Assembly: GCA_964016885.1 (NCBI GenBank)
Contig: OZ024742.1
Location: forward strand, 112,964,001-113,028,000
DNA length: 64,000 bases
DNA from: Eledone cirrhosa
Lineage: Eukaryota
Direction: 5' to 3'
In this document: positions 57,812 to 64,000 of the stretch, in pieces
Numbering within the stretch: position 1 is the first letter of the stretch
Layout: each line of letters starts with the position of its first letter
Translations under genes and position numbers: made by a program
Notes under the pieces: generated by a model
Seen by the model: the letters and a program-made list of their open reading frames with translations, nothing else
Databases searched by the model: none
What the model was told of the DNA's origin: nothing

Positions 57812-59164
57812 TTGAAGATCTCCTTATTGACGGACAGGTTGGAGATCCTTTCAGAGATACACGTGACTACGGCCTTAATTATTGATCTAGGGTGATTTGA
57901 CTTAGCAATAACTTATACCAATTTCTCATGGGCTTGTGATAGGGGGAGGATTGCTCAGTGTTCAGGTTTAGGGTGGTGTCTAGAAAGTTGACTACCTTTC
58001 TATTGGGGTCTCTTTCAATACTGAACCCATGATTCAGAAAGAAATGCCAATTCGCCTCTTCATTCTCTCCACCAGAGTGGTGCTGTGGTCATAGGCGGTG
58101 AAGAGAGCATCTTCACGATACAATCAGCCGCCTAGGCAGGAGATTTCTTCTTTTATCTGCTTCAGCAGGAAGAGCGCAACCAGGTTCGTTACCTGCGCAG
58201 AGTTGCTGGAGCCCATCGTGATGTCAAAGTTGTTGGGCCAATCACTCCTGGTCCAAATGTCCCCACCGAAACGGATCATTGTATTTCGGGCGGTGTGGAT
58301 GATGCCTACCTCTGCGCGGGTTAGATCTGTATTGGAAATCGCTAAAATAAGAGCCTTATTAAGTACTATGGGCGAGATTGAGGAGTAGTAGCCATCAATA
58401 TCCAGTTCGATAAAGCTGGTTCTACTTTTCTCAGGTAATAGCGTAAACCACTCTATTACCTCATCTGTGCATGACCATTGCTGTGAATTAGTTTATTCCG
58501 TAGCGTAGGCAACATCCTATCGAGTATGCTTTTATTGACTATCCCCAGCGTCGACCTGGAGGGGGCTATTAGTCTAACCGGTAGGTCGGACTCAAATAGG
58601 TCTTGTGATCTTTAAAGTAATCCTCGGATTAATTGTTTAGTATGGGATGGTCCTATCATCTATGCCGAGTCCAGATATTATCCTGTAAGCATTGGCGTTG
58701 ATCTCCTCCAGGGTATCTCCAGGTGGTTTTTGTAGCACTTCCTTAATTCCCTGAGAATTAGTTTATTATACAGTTCCTGGCCTATTCTGTAGAGGTTCTT
58801 GTTTTTATCAGCATGGACGAGTATTCCATCGTCTCTTTAAGCTTGGTAATCCCGTTTCCCAGGGGTCGGAGCACCTGAGACACCTGCGTGGGTGGTTGGA
58901 GAATTTGAGTTTGGTGATCATATTAATCATCTCATTCTCGAACTCCTCCATTAGCCTTTTGAGGGGAGGGTTCCTCCTTGATCTAAAAAGTTACTCCATG
59001 ATTTGGGTGTTGGCAATTTTAGGCGTTCCTCTTTCAGAGTGGAACGCCATCCACCGCACCCTGTGGACAAGGGAGACAGTACTCTTGATGATATCACATG
59101 TGTATTCTCGTTTGCCTGGTAAAGGGATATCCTTCAGTGACGCCAAGGTTTCACATTTTTCCAT
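57812..59164 (-). pseudogene. Hydra-like PLE 5' half (N-terminus plus RT), disrupted and 3'-truncated
   Basis: ATG at 59164, MEKCETLASLKDIPLP..RVRWMAF, HADK, FIELDIDGYYSSIS, FDITMGSSNSAQVTNLV, LYRED, NFLDTTLNL, SNHPRSIIK. Confidence 0.9.
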
Positions 59165-59319
59165 TGCGACTTATGTCCGGTACTGTTTGATACGTTCAAC
59201 ACGTGGTGAGGCTAGATACATTTTGAGTATATGTTGGTGTTTACCGATACTTCAGTATGCAGATTGGAGCACTCGATGAAGTACGCAGGCTGGTTTGTTT
59301 ACTCCGGAGTAATGTAAAT

Positions 59320-59870
59320 TAAGTAGATCAAACATGTAAAATTTGGCTTCGTTTATTGTGAATTTTCAGCTATATATATTTCGGTGACAGCTATTATTGA
59401 CTGTGACCTCTTCAGGCAGTCCGAATTGGAGTGAAAAAGGCAGGTACACATGTTGTTGAAGTGTGTTCCACTCTGTCAATACATCGATATGTCCAGCTCC
59501 TGGGTATGTTGTTAGTCCTCCGAGGAACTGGAATCATATGTGCTAGAATAAACTGGTTTCAGCATCAGAGGACACGCTCGTATCCCATTGGTCAGTTTTC
59601 ATACCACTACCCAGTCGAAGGTCTATAGACATTCTTCTGAGACAGGTCAGCCTGTTATAGTTGTTTTTATCAGAATGTGTAAGTACAGCTGACCTTCTTT
59701 ACTGTGTTGGCAGTGGTAGTGGTGTTAAGAGGTCAGCTAGCAGGCCAATCTTAGTATGATGCTGCTATGGTCTGAGGAATATATGTGTGTAGACAGGCAT
59801 CTATTCTGGCACCATTTCACGTAGTGGGGAATGCCAAACAAATAGAGAATGCGTGTGTGTTACAACCAAT
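59320..59870 (-). mobile_element. 5' pLTR of the 57.8-59.2 kb PLE; a further partial homolog at about 60545-60850
   Basis: Directly upstream of the ORF on the same strand. Homologous to 580-1180. Confidence 0.75.
59367..59419 (-). ncRNA. Hammerhead ribozyme in the 5' pLTR
   Basis: Minus strand ctgc-CTGAAGA-GGTCACAG-tcaataatag-CTGTCACC-GAAA-TATATA-TA^gctg. Confidence 0.75.
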
Positions 59871-60898
59871 ATCAAACATTTAGAAACATATGAACTAAAA
59901 TAAAAAAAAATATGTCTCAGAATCGAGAAGTGTAAAGAATTACAATTCTTATTTTAGCATAGAATACATACGTGTGATTGTCCGTCAACGCAGACCGTTG
60001 TTCGTGCACACGTCTAAATACAGGCCCGGTGCATTCACCTATTTCCGTCCACAAAAGATGGGTGTGTTTTAAAAAAAATGAGGTGAAATTGGAGTGAAAA
60101 ATAAAATATCAAATAACATGTGTGTCAAAATCCAGAAGTGTAAAGGACTACAATTCTTATTTCAGCATAAAGTACATATGCGTGTATGTCTTTCAACGCA
60201 CACCGTTGCAAGCACACACGCTCAAACACAGACTTAGCTGCAATCCCATATTACGTCTACACAGTCACACACCCGCATTCATGTACGGATACACACAATT
60301 CCATATACGCCCACATGTGGATATACACACGCACGGACACAGGGTCAAAAGTCACCTCTGGAGGTGGGGAGAGGTATAAGTGGTAGTAATAGGCGCGTCC
60401 TATTTACTCGTAGTATTTATCACTGACACTTGCGTGCGAAGGGCATCGGGTTCGAGGAAGGATATCCTCCGTGTATTCGGGTCACAAGCCGGTGTTGGGC
60501 GTTGGTGCCCGCTGGTCGGAAACTTATGGTGCCTGTTTGCACAGGGGATATGACTCCGCCGACGTACTTCGTCAATTTATATCATCTAGTATCAGCTAAC
60601 TTGAGTTCTGGTTAAGGAAGTGCCGTAACCCATGGGTCAGTTGTGAGAACATTTCTCAGTCAAAAGTCTATATATTTTTTTTCTGAGGCAAGACAATCTG
60701 TTGCAGTAGTTTTTGATTGGGCACAACTGACCTCCACCATTGTATTGGTAGTGGTTGTGGTGTTAGAGGGTCAGATGGCAGATTAGTTTTAATGTGCCGC
60801 TACTATGTTCAGAAGAGTTTGTGTGTAGGTTGGCATCAATCCTGCCACCAACATATATTCAACATTTATATATATATATATAAATATATGTATATATG

Positions 60899-60953
<55 letters not shown>

Positions 60954-60964
60954 ATATACATATA

Positions 60965-61205
60965 TCACTTTGATCACCTTGACCGACCAGTCTGTCGGGC
61001 GCCAATCAACGCCGCCGGTCACAGCACGTCGTGCTGCTTAAGCCATAAGATAACGCCATCCCACTGGCTGGGCGGGCAGGCCGGTTCTGATTCCTACAGC
61101 TGAGTAAACTGGTGCATCGTGAAATAAAGTGTTTTTCTCAAGGAAACAACACATCACCCGGTCCGAGAATTGAACTCCCAACCTTTCGATTGCAAGCCAT
61201 GTGCC
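60965..61205 (-). mobile_element. tRNA-derived SINE, second family
   Basis: Minus strand gagttcaattctcggaccgggtgatg..cactttatttcacgatgcaccagtttactcagctgtagg. Homologous to 28665. Confidence 0.7.
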
Positions 61206-61231
61206 TTCACACACACACACACATACACACG

Positions 61232-61266
<35 letters not shown>

Positions 61267-61314
61267 TGGCAGCAATAGTGGCAGCATCGGTCTCAACACA
61301 AGAAAAGTAGCACA

Positions 61315-61323
61315 GGTAGTAGT

Positions 61324-61396
<73 letters not shown>

Positions 61397-61442
61397 ATAG
61401 TAGTAACAGCAGCAGCAGCAGCAGTAGTGGCGGTAGTAGTAA

Positions 61443-61477
<35 letters not shown>

Positions 61478-61500
61478 ATTGTATTAGTAGTAGTAATGTT
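61315..61500. repeat. (GTA)n/(GCA)n trinucleotide repeat
   Basis: Direct reading. Confidence 0.95.
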
Positions 61501-61783
61501 ATTAGCATTAGTCTTGGCAAATTACATCGAATAACATTGTCAAATATGTTAAAGTGATCATATATATATATATATATATATATATAAAGGCTTTCAGTAT
61601 GAGTTATTAACTCTATCTTTCATTTATATTTCGACTCCCTTCCTAGGTGAGCTTCTAAGTTGTGTGTATTGGACTGTTATTTCTGGCCAATCCACTCACA
61701 CCACTTTTGACTTGCAACGCACGAGGCGAGATTTTCCTATTGTGTGTCTGTTATCATTAGGTTTTTGTCGCATTTAATCAGAT

Positions 61784-61863
61784 TCTCTCGCTGAAGATGC
61801 CCGTGGATTATCTGTTACAAACACCCAGGGCGAAACAGATTAATCACTAATCTGTCCGGGAGA
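61784..61863 (+). ncRNA. Complete type I hammerhead ribozyme (GUC cleavage after 61856)
   Basis: Stem I tctctcg/cgggaga (7 bp), core CTGAAGA(t), stem II GCCC..GGGC, GAAA, stem III CAGATTA-atcac-TAATCTG, GTC^. Confidence 0.9.
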
Positions 61864-61974
61864 TATAATAGTTTATCTTTCTTTCTGTTTCATGGTTAAA
61901 GATTTCAAACAAATGTTGTTCTTCAACACTCGATTTACTGTGTTTATTACTACATATATATTATATTATATATA

Positions 61975-62055
<81 letters not shown>

Positions 62056-62079
62056 ATTGGTGCTCTGAATATATATATA

Positions 62080-64000
62080 AATAAATCCATATATTCCACA
62101 AAAAGTTGAAATTCAGACGCTCCAATTTCGAGAGGAGCAAACCGGAGCATGGCAATACGGTCAGGTGCTAATAATAGATGTCGGACATGGTGTACGCATT
62201 CACAATCTCTAACAGAACATTAAAGGATAGCTTTCTTTAGGCCTATTTCTGGGTAACAGTGGCCAATTTTCTCATTACATCGCCACTGCTCTCATCCATA
62301 AAGAGGTCTGGATGAAGACAGACCCAGAGCACTTATATCGATTTGCCTCTCGAGGTTCCAGGCTGTGAATCGACCAACATTTCCGTTTGCCCTTCAAACA
62401 TTTCTCATTTCTAAAGTTTTCCGACCAACGCGTTTAGAGTGGGATGCAGTGCGACCGATCCAGCTTGTGCAGTAATTGTTCGAGAATCAATGCGTAAAAC
62501 ATTGATAGTACAACAGGTGACAGGGAATGCTTGACGGAGCGAGTGTGTGATCTGGAACAGTTCCGAAAAGTGGCAACTTATTTTGACCTCCACGTAGATG
62601 CTGCCGTGTATTGCAGCGAACCAAGCTGAAGCGCGGTGAGAAAGCTGCTGTCAGGAGCGCGTTGCGATATCTTTTGTCGACTCCATTGATACACTTCAAT
62701 CAGAGAAACATCCTCTCTATGATGTATCACCTGCTGTAGAGGTTGTCGTGCATGTACCTTGTTGGAATTGAAACATTTTGCGCCACCCCACCAGATATCT
62801 TTCGACAAGTGCCAACCTCGTTAGTAGCCAAAATCTTAAACTCTGTGTATATTAGAAGTATGGGATGGAAATCATTACACACTTGGCGTAAAGTTAAATC
62901 GAAAGCACTCTATTGAACGAAACTTGTTTATCTTATGCTCAGAGACTACAATGATACTGGAACCAAATTCTATGCAACTAGCCGTAGCCTCAACGCGTTC
63001 TTCAGCGTCATAATCCATGGTATGCCCAACCCTCAGCGCGGAAGGTAGTGGCAGCAGATGGATCGCCTTAACAACGGAACCTGTCCCTTCCACAATACAC
63101 GGGTAGCACTGCCGTCAGAGAAGAACAACCCTCCTTACAACTAAACATAAGGTCAGAGTGAAGAACCATACATGCGCTTCGCTATGTATTCGGTGTTATC
63201 CCTGAAACATCTCAGCGCGTCTTCCTCACCTGCTTGTGGAATTAAGCTGCCCTTTTGTTTTGTGCTGAGATGCATCTATAATGCACCATTCTGGGCTCCA
63301 CTACCTCAATAGCTTCTACCTGGACAGTTAAGTTGGCCCAGGTTTGCTCTTGCTTGATGAGCTTCCAGGCCTGGGCCAATTTGTAAATTTGTTTGAGAGG
63401 TCCATGTTAAAGCATGACCCCTTTTGGGCTGTTGCCGCAGCGAAAGTGTTCTTCTTGTTGTCGTTGGTGGTGTTGTTGTTATCACTGTCGCTATTATCAT
63501 TGTTGTATTTGGTGCCGCCGTTGTTCTCGGTGCAGTTGGTATTGTTGCTGTTGGTGTTGTCGCTATTTGTTTTCATTTTAGTGGTGTTGATATTGTTTTT
63601 GCATTTGTTGTCATTTTTCTGTTATCTGTATTTTGGTTGTCGCTGTTACTGTCATTTTTTTTCCAAATTAGAGTTCTCAGTGTTGTTATCATTGCTGTCT
63701 TGCACGTTGTTTGTGGTGGTGTTTGTTGTATGAATTTCTGTTAATGTCGCTCCTCTCAACTTTTACTTCGTTATTGCACGATAGCAGACATATCGCTGGG
63801 GGGTGGGCTGGGGTGGGGTGGGGTATTGCCTTGGCTCAGCCATGTTCCTTTTTTTTCTGGATAATTTTTTAAAATGTAAACAAATTGAAAATATTTGGGC
63901 CAAAAGGCCCAGATATTATGCTTTCTCCTTCACAGGACAAAGTCCAAGGGCTTGTATGCCTTACACAACAACAACAAATTCAATAACATTTTTGAAGGGA
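62080..64000 (-). mobile_element. Decayed, internally deleted L1/Tx1-like LINE (RT remnant plus low-complexity ORF1-like region)
   Basis: Minus strand DFHPILLIYTEFKILA, IPTRYMHDNL, GVDKRY, FSELFQITHSLRQAFP. An N/T-rich ORF1-like tract lies upstream; the upstream boundary is uncertain. Confidence 0.65.

Noticed and set aside
59905-60210. Diverged duplication of about 100 bp (agaagtgtaaag..tacaattcttattt..caacgca.accgttg)
   Set aside because: Real but uninformative, with no structural or coding signal.

Overview
AT-rich eukaryotic DNA packed with (TA)n, (CA)n, (CT)n and trinucleotide microsatellites. The repeat families suggest an invertebrate, most likely an octopus or other coleoid cephalopod (inference). 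No intact host gene is evident, and most ORFs in the supplied track are microsatellite artefacts. The window is a transposon graveyard dominated by Penelope-like elements (PLEs; RT plus GIY-YIG) from about four subfamilies, with RTE, RTE-X and L1/Tx1 LINE remnants, tRNA-derived SINEs, a mariner end, a hAT MITE and several foldback/hairpin elements. The main hidden signal is RNA structure. About 13 type I hammerhead ribozyme (HHR) motifs can be read by eye. Many have an unusually long stem II insert (44-85 nt) and a palindromic mini stem III, and several sit in ORF-less tandem/inverted pseudo-LTR units (retrozyme-like, 594 and 1284 nt between cleavage sites). One is a complete, canonical-looking HHR (61784-61863) with a possible inhibitory alternative fold. 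Element boundaries are by-eye estimates.
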